The translations under genes and the position numbers were made by a program. A DNA stretch of 64,000 nt from an uncultured Gemmatimonadales bacterium (GTDB taxonomy: Bacteria; Gemmatimonadota; Gemmatimonadetes; Gemmatimonadales; GWC2-71-9): contig CAVYSW010000003.1 in the NCBI GenBank assembly GCA_963771275.1, positions 1,728,001-1,792,000 on the forward strand. Direction: 5' to 3'. How positions within the stretch are numbered: position 1 is the stretch's first letter; the number at the start of each line of letters is the position of its first letter. The notes below the pieces were generated by a model, which was not told where the DNA came from, ran no database searches, and saw only the letters and a list, made by a program, of their open reading frames with translations. This document shows, piece by piece, positions 49,227 through 59,176 of this stretch.

Positions 49227-49952
49227 CTAGGCTCGGTCGACAAAGTTCACGAACGCGGTCACCGCGTCGAGGAAATGCGCCGCAAGCGGATCGTACGGCG
49301 CGAGCTCCGGCGTCCTGGTGCCGGCGAGGCGCGCGAGGGGCCAGGCCAGCGCGTCCTCCCCGAACCCGCACAGCGCGGCGATCTGCCGCGCCACCTGCGC
49401 GTTCGGCGCCGGGGCGTCGCGGCCCGCGAGCCTGAGCCCGGTGCGGAACAACACCAGGAACGCCTTGCAGGATGCCGTGATCAGGTTCCCCAGAGCCTTG
49501 CCGTCGGGTGCCGCCGCCGCGTAGTGCGCGGAGAGCTGGATCTGCTTGCCGCGCGCCTCGCGCTCCAGCTCGCGGCGCAGATCGGCGCGCGAGGTCGGGA
49601 GGTCCTGCACCGGGTCGGCGCCGCGCAGGATCCGGTGGTGCTGCCGCACGTCTTCGATCTCGATGGGAAAGACGTCCGCCGAGGCGCGCCAGCTCGCCTC
49701 GGAGAAGATCAGCGGCGGCGGCTCGCCCGACTTGACCCACTGGCGCACCGCCGGGCCCAGCAGGCGCAGCGCGGCGGCGGAGGCGTCTCCGAGAAGCAGC
49801 AACAGGTTCACGTCGGAGCCGGGCCCGACGTTGCCCCGAACGGCGGAGCCGTAGAGCACGAGCGAGCGCAGGTTGTCACCGGCCGCGCGCTCCAGGTCGG
49901 TCGCGAACGCATCGAGCCGCTTGTCGAGGTCCCGCAGACGGTCTTGCGCCAT
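49227..49952 (-). CDS. Nucleotidyltransferase-fold protein
   Basis: LVLYGSAVRG....SDVNLLLLL, DVFPIE. Confidence 0.75.
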   Translation of the reverse strand: MAQDRLRDLDKRLDAFATDLERAAGDNLRSLVLYGSAVRGNVGPGSDVNLLLLLGDASAAALRLLGPAVRQWVKSGEPPPLIFSEASWRASADVFPIEIEDVRQHHRILRGADPVQDLPTSRADLRRELEREARGKQIQLSAHYAAAAPDGKALGNLITASCKAFLVLFRTGLRLAGRDAPAPNAQVARQIAALCGFGEDALAWPLARLAGTRTPELAPYDPLAAHFLDAVTAFVNFVDRA

Positions 49953-49953
49953 G

Positions 49954-50766
49954 TCAGAATCTCCCGCTTGCGCCGCCACCACCGAACCCACCCCCGCCCC
50001 CGAAGCCACCGAATCCGCCGCCTCCCCCGCCTCCCCCGAAGCCGCCCCCGCCGAACCCACCCCAGCCGCCGCCCCGGCCCCGGCCGCTGCTCGCGATCAG
50101 CGCCCACAGCAGCCAGCTGAGTCCACTGCCGCGCCGGCGGTACCGCCCTCCCGCCGCCGACGCGGCGAGCGCCCGCAGGAACATGAACGCGATGAAGAGG
50201 GCGAGCATGACGCCCGGCCCGATGGGGGCGCTGGGAGGGCGGGGCGCCGGCGGCGGCGTTGCCGCGCCGGTGAGGGCGAACCCGAACTCCCGCGCGTAGG
50301 ATTCGGCGAGCAGCTGGACGCCGACCAGCAGCCCCGCGTCGTACGCGCCGGCCCGCACCGCCGCCTGGCCGATCGCGTCGCGGATCTGGCCCGCCCGCGC
50401 GTCGGTGATGAAGCCCTCGGTGCCGAGTCCCGTCGCAATCGCGACCTCCGACCGGCCGTCGCCTGGGCGCTCCCCGGGCTTGAACAGCAGGACGACGCCG
50501 GCGTTCCGCGCCCGGTCGCCGGGTCCGCCGCGCGCGCCGACCCGCCACGCCCGGCCGATCTGCATTGCCAGATCGATCGAGGTGCGTCCCTGGAGATCCC
50601 GCACCGTCACGACGACGATCTGGCCCCCGGACTTGGCGCGGACCTCGTCGATCACCGCGGCCATGCGCTGCGCGATCTCCGGCCGGATCAGCCCGGCGAA
50701 GTCGTTGACGTAGCCGACAGGCTGCGGGATCTGCAGCTGCAGCAGCAGCACGAGCGGGAGCAACAT
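49954..50766 (-). CDS. TPM-domain membrane protein with Gly-rich tail
   Basis: GYVNDFAGLI, QIVVVTV, IATGLGTEGFITD, GGFGGGGASGRF. Confidence 0.9.
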   Translation of the reverse strand: MLLPLVLLLQLQIPQPVGYVNDFAGLIRPEIAQRMAAVIDEVRAKSGGQIVVVTVRDLQGRTSIDLAMQIGRAWRVGARGGPGDRARNAGVVLLFKPGERPGDGRSEVAIATGLGTEGFITDARAGQIRDAIGQAAVRAGAYDAGLLVGVQLLAESYAREFGFALTGAATPPPAPRPPSAPIGPGVMLALFIAFMFLRALAASAAGGRYRRRGSGLSWLLWALIASSGRGRGGGWGGFGGGGFGGGGGGGGFGGFGGGGGFGGGGASGRF

Positions 50767-50929
50767 GACCCGTAAGGTAGCAGGAGACCGGGGGGAGAGG
50801 GGGCAGAGAAGCAGCGATGGAGGAGTGGCGGGGGCGGCAGGGGCGGTGGCGGCGGCGGGGGGGCAGGGGGGGCGCAAACCCGCTACTTTTCACGCGTTCG
50901 GCCGTTCACCCTATTCGCTCATTCGCCCC

Positions 50930-51505
50930 ATGATCAACGCAGACGGCAATCGCAGGGATTTCTTCCGTGCGACCTTGGGACGGCTCGCGCGGGAGTTGGC
51001 CGAGCGGACGGAGCGGCGGGTCGTGGTGGAACGGTACTTCCGGCCGCCGGGTGCGGTGGAGGAGATCTCGTTCCTCTCGCTCTGCACGCGCTGCGACCTC
51101 TGTGCTGAAGTGTGCCCGGCCCATGCGATTCTGAAGGCACCGCCCGCCGCCGGGCTCGCCGCCGGCACGCCGATGATCGAGCCCAGGCGGGCAGCGTGCA
51201 CGGTCTGCGCCGACATGCCGTGCGCGGCGGCGTGCCCGACCGGCGCCCTCGTCGTTCCGGAGCGGCTCTGGGAGGGCTATCGTCTCGGCCGGCTCGAGCT
51301 GCTGCCCGAGCGGTGCATCGTGTTTCACGGCACGCCGTGCGGCGTGTGCGCGCGGGCCTGCCCCGTGGGTGAGCACGCCATCGCGCTGGACGGCGCGGGG
51401 CGACCGGTGATCAAGGTGGAGGGGTGCGTCGGCTGCGGCGTGTGCGTGCGGGAGTGCGTGACCATGCCGCCGTCGCTCACGCTGCATCGCCTGGAGGAGC
51501 GCTGA
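50930..51505 (+). CDS. NapG/MauM-like polyferredoxin
   Basis: RRDFF, RPPGA...CTRCDLCAEVCP and three more Cys clusters. Confidence 0.85.
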   Translation: MINADGNRRDFFRATLGRLARELAERTERRVVVERYFRPPGAVEEISFLSLCTRCDLCAEVCPAHAILKAPPAAGLAAGTPMIEPRRAACTVCADMPCAAACPTGALVVPERLWEGYRLGRLELLPERCIVFHGTPCGVCARACPVGEHAIALDGAGRPVIKVEGCVGCGVCVRECVTMPPSLTLHRLEER

Positions 51506-51858
51506 TGGAGACACCCTATCGGGTCGAGAAGCCGTGGGGCCACGAGCTGGTGTGGGCCCGGACCGAGCGGTACGTGGGCAAGATCCTGCACATCGAGGCG
51601 GGGCACCTGCTGAGCCTGCAGTACCATCAGAAGAAAGACGAGACCATCTACGTCCTGCGGGGGGAGATCATCTTCCGGGTCCAGGAAGGGGGCAGGGGGG
51701 AGGTGCGCGAGGTGCCGATGCGGGAGGGGGACGCCTATCACGTCACGCCGCACACGGTGCATCAGATGGAAGCCGTGACGACCGCCGATCTGCTCGAGGC
51801 GTCCACGCCGGAGCTGGACGACGTCGTGCGGCTGCAGGATCGGTACGGGAGGGCCTAG
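51505..51858 (+). CDS. Cupin (mannose-6-phosphate isomerase type II-like)
   Basis: VEKPWGHE, LSLQYHQKKDET, STPELDDVVRLQDRYGR. Confidence 0.88.
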   Translation: METPYRVEKPWGHELVWARTERYVGKILHIEAGHLLSLQYHQKKDETIYVLRGEIIFRVQEGGRGEVREVPMREGDAYHVTPHTVHQMEAVTTADLLEASTPELDDVVRLQDRYGRA

Positions 51859-52842
51859 GTGAAGGTCATCATTCCGCTCGCCGGCAAGGGGACGCGCCTG
51901 CTGCCGCTGACCCGCCACGTGCCGAAGCCGCTGATCCGCGTGGCCGGTCGCCCGGTGATGGACTACGTGATGGACACGCTCGACGGGCTCGACGTCGAGG
52001 AGCTGATCTGCATCACAGGACACCTCAAGGAGCAGGTCGAGGCGTACGTGCGGACGCACTACCGCCAGCCCGCGCGCTTCATCGAGCAGCGCGTACAGGA
52101 CGGGACCGCCGGCGCCGTCGCGCTGGCCGAGCCGTACGTGGATGGGCCGGTCCTGATCGTCTTCGTGGACACGCTGTTCGACGCGGATCTCTCGCGGATC
52201 ACGCGGGACGACGCGGACGGCATCATCTGGGCCAAGGAGGTGGAGGACTACCAGCGGTTCGGGGTGGTCGTCACCGATCGGGACGGCTACATGACCCGGA
52301 TCGTGGAGAAGCCGACCGAGCCGATTTCCCGTCTCGCGAACATCGGCCTGTACTACGTGCGCGATTGGCGGACCCTGTACGAGGGGGTGCACTGGACGCT
52401 CGCGCGGCCGCCGCACAAGGGGGAATGGTTCCTCACCGACGCGTTCCAGTACATGATCGACCGCGGTCGCCGGATCCGCGTGGCGGAAGTGTCAGGCTGG
52501 TACGACTGCGGCAAGGTGGAGACGCTGCTGGAGACCAATCGCCACCTGCTGCGCACCGAGCGGGCGCTCGTCCCGCCGGCGCGACCGGGGGTCGAGGTCG
52601 TGGCCCCGGTGCGGATCGCCGCGGGCGTGACGCTCGCGGACTGCGTGCTCGGTCCGAACGTCACGGTCGATGCCGGGGCCACGATACGTGGCAGCACGGT
52701 GCGCCACGCGATCGTGGGGGAGCGGGCGCGGATCGTGGGCAGCACCGTCGAGCACTGCCTGGTCGGGGACGACGCCGTGATCGAGCGGCAGGAGCTGCGG
52801 GGCATGGTGGTGGCCCGGGACGAAGCGGCGCCGGCACGATGA
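51859..52842 (+). CDS. Sugar-phosphate nucleotidyltransferase with hexapeptide tail
   Basis: PLAGKGTRLLPLT...PKPL, IVEKP, WYDCGK. Confidence 0.92.
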   Translation: MKVIIPLAGKGTRLLPLTRHVPKPLIRVAGRPVMDYVMDTLDGLDVEELICITGHLKEQVEAYVRTHYRQPARFIEQRVQDGTAGAVALAEPYVDGPVLIVFVDTLFDADLSRITRDDADGIIWAKEVEDYQRFGVVVTDRDGYMTRIVEKPTEPISRLANIGLYYVRDWRTLYEGVHWTLARPPHKGEWFLTDAFQYMIDRGRRIRVAEVSGWYDCGKVETLLETNRHLLRTERALVPPARPGVEVVAPVRIAAGVTLADCVLGPNVTVDAGATIRGSTVRHAIVGERARIVGSTVEHCLVGDDAVIERQELRGMVVARDEAAPAR

Positions 52843-53177
52843 TCGTGCCGATCACGGGGGTCGCCGCCGTCGACGCTGCCGTGGCGACCCGCGCGGTTGC
52901 CGTGCTCTACAAGCACAGCCCGCGCTGCGGCAGCTGCGTGGCGGCGCTCGATGAAGTGCAGCGTTTCGCCGCGGCGCACCCGGACATCCCGGTGTTCCAG
53001 GTGGATGTCCTCACGCAGCGCGCCGCGTCCGACGCAATCACCGCCCGACTGGGCGTGCGCCACGCCTCGCCGCAGGCGATCGTGATCCGCGAGGGGCGCG
53101 CCGTGTGGTCGGCGACGCACTGGGACGTGACCGCGGCCGCGCTGGCGGAGCAGGTGTCCCGGGTCGGCGCCGTCTAG
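52839..53177 (+). CDS. YtxJ/BrxC-like thioredoxin-fold protein
   Basis: KHSPRCGSC, LGVRHASPQAIVI...AVWSATH. Confidence 0.8.
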   Translation: MIVPITGVAAVDAAVATRAVAVLYKHSPRCGSCVAALDEVQRFAAAHPDIPVFQVDVLTQRAASDAITARLGVRHASPQAIVIREGRAVWSATHWDVTAAALAEQVSRVGAV

Positions 53178-53815
53178 TGCCGGCAGACGCGGCGGCGCGG
53201 TCCCGGGCGGTGTGGGTCCGACGGGCCCTGTGGCTCGTTGCCGGCACCATGGCCTACAACGCCGCGGAAGCGCTGATCGCGCTCTGGGCCGGCGCCGAAG
53301 CGGGCAGCATCGCGCTGTTCGGATTCGGGCTCGACAGCGTGATCGAGCTGGCCGCCGGCGCGGTGGTGCTGTGGCGGATGGGCGTGGAGGCGCGGGGCGC
53401 GGCCGCCGAGGACGTCGAGCGAACCGAGCGCCGCGTGCGGCGGTTCGTGGGCGTCACGTTCTTCGCTCTGGCAGTGTACGTGACCGCCCAGGCGGCGCGG
53501 ACGCTGTGGCAGGCGATACCTCCGGGCGGCAGCCCGATCGGCGTGGCATTGGCCGTGGCTTCGCTCGTCGTGATGCCGTCGGTGGCCTGGGGCAAGCTGC
53601 GCGTGGCGCGCGCCCTCGGGAGCCGTGCGCTCGTTGCGGAGGCGAAGGAGACGCTCGCGTGCTCGTACCTGTCGTTCTGCCTGCTCGTTGGACTCGGTGC
53701 CAACCTGGCCCTCGGGTGGTGGTGGGCGGACCCGGTCACCGGCTTACTCATGGTCCCGTGGCTGCTGCGCGAAGGGATCGAGGGGGTGCGGGGCGAAGGG
53801 GACGAGGAGGAATGA
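53177..53815 (+). CDS. Cation-efflux (CDF) TM-only transporter
   Basis: GSIALFGFGLDSVIE, ALVAEAKETLAC, GWWWADPV. Confidence 0.85.
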   Translation: MPADAAARSRAVWVRRALWLVAGTMAYNAAEALIALWAGAEAGSIALFGFGLDSVIELAAGAVVLWRMGVEARGAAAEDVERTERRVRRFVGVTFFALAVYVTAQAARTLWQAIPPGGSPIGVALAVASLVVMPSVAWGKLRVARALGSRALVAEAKETLACSYLSFCLLVGLGANLALGWWWADPVTGLLMVPWLLREGIEGVRGEGDEEE

Positions 53816-54327
53816 GCGCGCTCGAGATCGTGGGACTCGACATCCGGCACTGGGAGGCGGTGCGGGCGATCCTCCAGGAGGGGATCGAGACCGGGCAGGC
53901 AACGTTCGAGACCGCGGTGCCCGATTGGAAGGACTGGGACGCGGCGCACCGGCGGGACTGCCGGCTGGTGGCCGTCGTGGACAGCGCGGTCGCCGGGTGG
54001 GCCGCCCTCGCGCGGGTGTCGCCACGGGCGGCGTACGCCGGGGTGGCGGAGGTGAGCATCTACGTCGGGGCCGCGTATCGCGCCCGGGGGATCGGCCGCG
54101 CGCTGCTCGGCGGGCTGATCGCGGCCTCCGAGGCGGAGGGCATCTGGACGCTGCAGGCGATCGTGTTCCCGGAGAACGCCGCGAGCGTGGCGCTGCACGA
54201 GGGCGCGGGCTTCCGCCTGGTGGGCCAGCGTGAGCGCATCGCGCGGCTGGGCGGGCGGTGGCGGGACACCCTGCTGCTGGAGCGTCGGAGCCTCGTTGCG
54301 GCGACTGACGCCACGGAGGCCCCGTGA
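53812..54327 (+). CDS. GNAT acetyltransferase (Pat/MddA-like)
   Basis: ATFET, AEVSIYV, RGIGRALL, FPENAASVALH..GFR.VG.RE. Confidence 0.9.
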   Translation: MSALEIVGLDIRHWEAVRAILQEGIETGQATFETAVPDWKDWDAAHRRDCRLVAVVDSAVAGWAALARVSPRAAYAGVAEVSIYVGAAYRARGIGRALLGGLIAASEAEGIWTLQAIVFPENAASVALHEGAGFRLVGQRERIARLGGRWRDTLLLERRSLVAATDATEAP

Positions 54328-55937
54328 CCGAGCCTGAGCCGCTGCGCGCGCTCGTCGCGTCGTACCTCGACCTCCGCTGGCACCTGGACCCGGTGGACGG
54401 CTCGGCGGCGGGCCGGGCCGAGCACGACGGACGGCTCGGCTCGTTCTCCGTGGAGAGCGCGGGGCAGCACGTGGCGGCCTTGCGCTCGCTGATGGGCGCG
54501 GTCGAGGAGCTCGAGCTGGATGCGCTCGAGGACGAGATCGACCGCACGGCGCTGCTCAACGAGATCCGCGTGGCGGTCCACCGCCTCGTGCAGGAGCAGC
54601 CACACGTGCGGGACCCGGGCTACTGGGTGGCGCACGTGCTGGAAGGCCTGCATCAGATGCTGCTGCTGAGCGATCGCCCGGCGGACGCGCGGGCACGCGC
54701 CGCCGCGGCGCGGCTGCGCGCCGTGCCGGCGTTCTTCGACGAGGCGCGCGCCACGCTGGCCGGCTGTCCGCTGGTGTTCGTCGAGACGGCGCAGCACATG
54801 GTGCAGGCCGGAGCGCCGCTGGTGGACGAGATCGAGGCGGCGTTCCCCGGCGGGCCGGAGCTCGACGTCGCGGCCGCGTGCGGGGCCGCGCGGGACGGGC
54901 TCGCGGCGTTCGCCGCGCAGCTTGCGGGGCCGCTCCGCGAGGGCGCGCCGGCCGACGGGTTCGCGATCGGCGAGGACGCGTTCAACTTCCGGCTGCACTT
55001 CCAGCACGCGGTGCAGGCCACGGCGACCGAGCTGCTGCGTTACGGATCGCGCCTGGTCGAGCAAGTCGAGGACGAGCTCGCGACCCTGGCGGACGCCATC
55101 ACGCCGGGCGCTCACTGGCTGGACGTGCTGGACCGCCTGCGCGACGACCACCCGACGGCCGACGGGCTGGTGGCGGCGTACGCGTCCGAGATGCAGCGGG
55201 CGCACGCGTTCGTTGCGCAGCGCGGGCTGATGCCGCTGCCGGACGGTCCGCTCGCGGTCGTGGCGACCCCGGGGTACCTGCGGCCGGTGATCCCGCTCGC
55301 GGCGTACCTGCCGCCCGGAGCCTGCTCCGCGGACCGGACGGGACGGTTTTTCGTCACCCCGCCGGTGGGAAGTGGCAATGGGGCAGACCACGGGCTGAGG
55401 GATCACTGCACGCACGAGATCCCCGCAACGGCCCTGCACGAGGGGTACCCCGGGCATCACCTCCACTTCCTCACCGCGCATGGGAGTCCGCGCCTCACCC
55501 GGCGGTTCCTGTTCACCCCGGTGACGGTGGAAGGCTGGGCGCTGTACTGCGAAGACATGATGGGCGAGGAGGGGTTCTACCGCTCCGCGGCGGAACGCCT
55601 CTGCCAGCGCGCCGCGCTGCTGTGGCGGGCGCTGCGGATCGTGCTCGACGTCGGCATTCACACCGGGCGCGTGAGCTTCGCGGACGGCGTGCGCCTGATC
55701 GAGCAGCGGCTGCACTACTCCCGCGCCCATGCGGAGGCGGAGGTCCGGCGCACCTGTGCGACGCCCGCCTACCAGATGGCGTACGCGGTGGGCCGGCGGG
55801 AGCTCCGGGCCCTGCGTGACGACTTCCGGCGCGCGGCGGGTCCGGACTACTCGCTGCGCCGGTTCCACGAGTCGGTGCTCGCGTATGGCGGGCTGCCGGT
55901 CAGCCTGATGCGCTGGGGGCTCGGCCTCGGTGGCTGA
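54324..55937 (+). CDS. DUF885 family putative metallopeptidase
   Basis: HEGYPGHH, EGWALYCE, RIVLDVGIH, FHESVL.YGGLP. Confidence 0.9.
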   Translation: MTEPEPLRALVASYLDLRWHLDPVDGSAAGRAEHDGRLGSFSVESAGQHVAALRSLMGAVEELELDALEDEIDRTALLNEIRVAVHRLVQEQPHVRDPGYWVAHVLEGLHQMLLLSDRPADARARAAAARLRAVPAFFDEARATLAGCPLVFVETAQHMVQAGAPLVDEIEAAFPGGPELDVAAACGAARDGLAAFAAQLAGPLREGAPADGFAIGEDAFNFRLHFQHAVQATATELLRYGSRLVEQVEDELATLADAITPGAHWLDVLDRLRDDHPTADGLVAAYASEMQRAHAFVAQRGLMPLPDGPLAVVATPGYLRPVIPLAAYLPPGACSADRTGRFFVTPPVGSGNGADHGLRDHCTHEIPATALHEGYPGHHLHFLTAHGSPRLTRRFLFTPVTVEGWALYCEDMMGEEGFYRSAAERLCQRAALLWRALRIVLDVGIHTGRVSFADGVRLIEQRLHYSRAHAEAEVRRTCATPAYQMAYAVGRRELRALRDDFRRAAGPDYSLRRFHESVLAYGGLPVSLMRWGLGLGG

Positions 55938-57126
55938 GTCGGTGGGGCCGGCCGCCGAGGGCAAGCTGCCGCCGGTGGTGAAAGCGCTCGGGGCTGTCTC
56001 GCTGTTCAACGATCTCGCGAGCGAGATGGTGTACCCCCTGCTGCCCGCATTCGTGACGCGCGGGCTGGGCGGCGGGGCGCTCGCGCTCGGCGCGCTCGAC
56101 GGGATCGCGGACGCGGTGTCGGCGGTGGTGAAGATCGCGGCCGGCCGGCTGGGTGAGCGGCGGGCCTGGCGCCGGCCACTGATCGTCGCCGGCTACGCGG
56201 TGGCCGCCGTGACCAGGCCGCTGGTGGGGCTGAGCGCCGCAGCCTGGCAGGTCGTGGCCCTGCGCGCCGCCGACCGGATGGGGAAAGGGGCGCGCAACCC
56301 GCCGCGCGACACGGTCATCGCGGACGCCGTGGACAGCGGGCAACGCGGGCGGGCGTTCGGATACCACCGGGCGATGGACCACGCGGGGGCGATGATCGGG
56401 CCGCTGGTGGCGACCGCGCTCATCGCCCTGCTGGCCTGGACCCCGCGCCGCGTGATCACCTGGAGCGTCGTGCCGGGCGTCGTCGCGGTGCTCGTGGCGG
56501 TTCTCGCGCTGCGGCGGACGCCGGCCCTCGCGGCGCCCGAGCCACCGCCCGCCGCGAGCCCGATGCCCACCGGCGCCCCCCCGGCGCCGCTCGTCGCCCT
56601 GATCCTGCTGTTCGCGTTCACGCGCCTGCCCGAGACGCTGTTTCTGCTGCGCCTCCAGGAGCGCGGCATACCGGTCGCCGTGATTCCCGTGGTGTGGGCC
56701 ATGCTCCACGTCGTGCGATCGGCCGCCAGCTACCCGGGCGGCCGGCTTGCCGACCGGATCGGGCCGGCGCGTACGATGCTGGGAGGCTGGGCGGCGTATG
56801 CGGTGGTGTGCGTGGGACTCGCGCTCACGGTGTCGCCCGTCGCGGCCGGTGCCTGGCTGCTCGGCTACGGCCTGGTGGCGGCGGCGACGGAATCGCCCGA
56901 GCGCATGTTCGTGGCGGCGTGGGGTGGCCGCGCCACGCGGGGGCGGCGGTTCGGTCTGTACCATGCCGGGGTGGGCCTGGCCGCGCTGCCCGGCGGGCTC
57001 GCGCTCGGCGCGCTGTACGAGTGGCGTGGCGGGACCGCGGCGCTGCTCGCCAGCGGGGCCGCCGGTGGGCTGCTGGCGCTGGCGGGGCTCGCCGTGACCG
57101 GCCCGCCGAGGCGCGCCGCCGGGTAG
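55930..57126 (+). CDS. MFS transporter
   Basis: SLFNDLASEMVYPLLP, DRMGKGARNPPRD, GRAFGYHRAMD. Confidence 0.92.
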   Translation: MAESVGPAAEGKLPPVVKALGAVSLFNDLASEMVYPLLPAFVTRGLGGGALALGALDGIADAVSAVVKIAAGRLGERRAWRRPLIVAGYAVAAVTRPLVGLSAAAWQVVALRAADRMGKGARNPPRDTVIADAVDSGQRGRAFGYHRAMDHAGAMIGPLVATALIALLAWTPRRVITWSVVPGVVAVLVAVLALRRTPALAAPEPPPAASPMPTGAPPAPLVALILLFAFTRLPETLFLLRLQERGIPVAVIPVVWAMLHVVRSAASYPGGRLADRIGPARTMLGGWAAYAVVCVGLALTVSPVAAGAWLLGYGLVAAATESPERMFVAAWGGRATRGRRFGLYHAGVGLAALPGGLALGALYEWRGGTAALLASGAAGGLLALAGLAVTGPPRRAAG

Positions 57127-57191
57127 CGGGTCGCAGGCACGCGGGTTGCCGCCGGGCCCGGCGCGGCGTACCTTGTCCCGGCCTACTCCCG

Positions 57192-58070
57192 GTGGTCATC
57201 ATCCCGTTCAACCCGCAGGATTCCGAGTGGCTCGCCAGGCCGCGGGGTCGTGAGAGCGGCGCGGCGCTCGCGCCGCTCCCGCAGACGCAGCGCGCGCCGC
57301 TCGCGAGCGGCGGCACCCGGGGCAACACGGCGATCGTGACCGGGGGCGCGACCGGCATCGGGCGCGCCGTGGCGCTCGAGTTCGCCCGGGGCGGCACGAA
57401 CGTCGCGTTCAACTACATCGATCTTCCGGGACGGGACATCGTCGAGCAGGCGCTGCTCACGGAGACGGCGCTCCGGGCGTTCGGCGTCTCGGTGTATTCC
57501 GAGCGGTGCGACGTCCGCGACCAGGACGCCGTCGAGCGGTTCGTGCATCGCGTGAAGGCCGAGCTGGGCGGGGTGCATTGCCTGGTGAACAACGCGGGGA
57601 TCACGCGCGACGCCGCGATGTGGCGCCTCTCCTCGGAGCACTGGCGTGACGTGATGGACACGAACATCACGGGTGCGTTTCACTGCATCCAGGCGGTCGC
57701 ACGCCTGTTCCGGGCGCAGCGCGGCGGGAAGATCGTGAACATCGCGTCGATCCAGGCGTTCCACCCGAGCTTCGGCGTCGCGGCGTACGCGGCGAGCAAG
57801 GCCGCCCTGATCGGCCTCACGCGTTCGGCCGCGATCGAGCTCGGGCCCTCCAATGTGAACGTCAACGCGGTGGCGCCGGGCTACGTCCGGACCGAGGCGC
57901 TGGAAGCGCTGCCGGAGGACGTGGTGGACCGGGCAAAGAAGAACTCGGTGCTGGGCCGGCTTGCCGAGCCGGAAGACGTCGGCAGCGTGGTCGTATTTCT
58001 CTGCTCGCCGGAAGCCCGGCACATCACGGGACAGGTTATCTTTGTCGACGGCGGACTGAGCATCGTCTGA
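57192..58070 (+). CDS. SDR oxidoreductase (FabG-like)
   Basis: TGGATGIG, VNNAGITRD, YAASK, VNAVAPG; start uncertain. Confidence 0.9.
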   Translation: MVIIPFNPQDSEWLARPRGRESGAALAPLPQTQRAPLASGGTRGNTAIVTGGATGIGRAVALEFARGGTNVAFNYIDLPGRDIVEQALLTETALRAFGVSVYSERCDVRDQDAVERFVHRVKAELGGVHCLVNNAGITRDAAMWRLSSEHWRDVMDTNITGAFHCIQAVARLFRAQRGGKIVNIASIQAFHPSFGVAAYAASKAALIGLTRSAAIELGPSNVNVNAVAPGYVRTEALEALPEDVVDRAKKNSVLGRLAEPEDVGSVVVFLCSPEARHITGQVIFVDGGLSIV

Positions 58071-58137
58071 CCGCCGCCCCCGTCCGCCCGCCCCGCGCGG
58101 TGCGGCGGGAGCCGCCTTCCTCAGCAACGGACGTTTC

Positions 58138-58770
58138 ATGGCGCCTCGCTCGAGCGTCATCGCGCTGTCCTGTCTCCTCCTGACGGTCGCCTGCGGCGCC
58201 AAGCAGCCACCCGAGAACGCCGCCCCCGTCGCCGCGCTGCCGCTGCCGACGGCGGGGATCGCCGGCCAGGACGTCCCGGTCTACCCGCTCACGCTGCTCT
58301 CGGCGGACGCGGCGCTGGGCTGGGAGGCGGCGCTGACCCCCCACCGCGACGCGCTCGCGCGGGCCGACAGCATCATCGCGGCGCTGCTCGCGGAGCGCTC
58401 GCCGGAGGTTTCGTGGATCCTGCCGCCGGCGCTGCGGCACGCCGCGGCGCGGGCACCGGGGCTGCTCGCCGACCCCGATCGGATCGGCACCGCCCTGCTG
58501 CGCGCTCGCGGCCTGAAGGTGATCCCCGACCCGTTGCGCAGTCAGATGCGCCAGCTCAACGCGGTGGCCGGGGGGCGCTACGCGTTCGTCCCGGCCGCCC
58601 TGGTGTACGTGCGCACCCCGGAGGGGCGCGCGCGCGCGGAGCTCACGGTGGTGCTGGCGGACGTGCGGAGCGGACAGATCGGCTGGTGGACGGTGGCCAA
58701 CGCGGAGGGCGCCGATCCCTGGGCCGCGCTGATCGCGGCGTTCAAGACGCTCACCCCCGCGCTGCCGTGA
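58138..58770 (+). CDS. Hypothetical lipoprotein
   Basis: Lipobox TVAC after a hydrophobic stretch; host-like codon usage. Confidence 0.7.
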   Translation: MAPRSSVIALSCLLLTVACGAKQPPENAAPVAALPLPTAGIAGQDVPVYPLTLLSADAALGWEAALTPHRDALARADSIIAALLAERSPEVSWILPPALRHAAARAPGLLADPDRIGTALLRARGLKVIPDPLRSQMRQLNAVAGGRYAFVPAALVYVRTPEGRARAELTVVLADVRSGQIGWWTVANAEGADPWAALIAAFKTLTPALP

Positions 58771-58848
58771 CCCACGCCGTCACGCCGATCCCGGGCGGCG
58801 CGATCATGCCGCGCGGCACTGGGACCTGGACGCGGAATCTGGGGAGCC

Positions 58849-59166
58849 ATGCTACGACGAACGAGCTCGCTGTCGCCGTCGTTCGGCGGCTTGCGTGAGC
58901 GCGAGTGCCCGCGCTGCCACCGCGAGGTAGACCTGCTGCTGGGCGAGCTCTGCGCCGCGTGCCGGCGCGAGATCGACGGCCGCGCGGCCCGGGTGGCGCG
59001 ATGGGTGAGCCTCGGCACGACATTGCTGTTCGGCCTCTACGCGATGACGGCGCTGCCGGTCGACCGCACCGCCCGGATGGTGGGGGCGACGGCCACGGTC
59101 ATCTGGTTCCTGATCGTGCGACGGGTGGTCCAGCGGGTGGCGCGCGAGTGGTTCCTGACCCGGTAG
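58849..59166 (+). CDS. Small membrane protein with CxxC...CxxC zinc ribbon
   Basis: GGGGAG RBS, CPRC and CAAC, two TM helices. Confidence 0.7.
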   Translation: MLRRTSSLSPSFGGLRERECPRCHREVDLLLGELCAACRREIDGRAARVARWVSLGTTLLFGLYAMTALPVDRTARMVGATATVIWFLIVRRVVQRVAREWFLTR

Positions 59167-59176
59167 CGGAGCGGCG

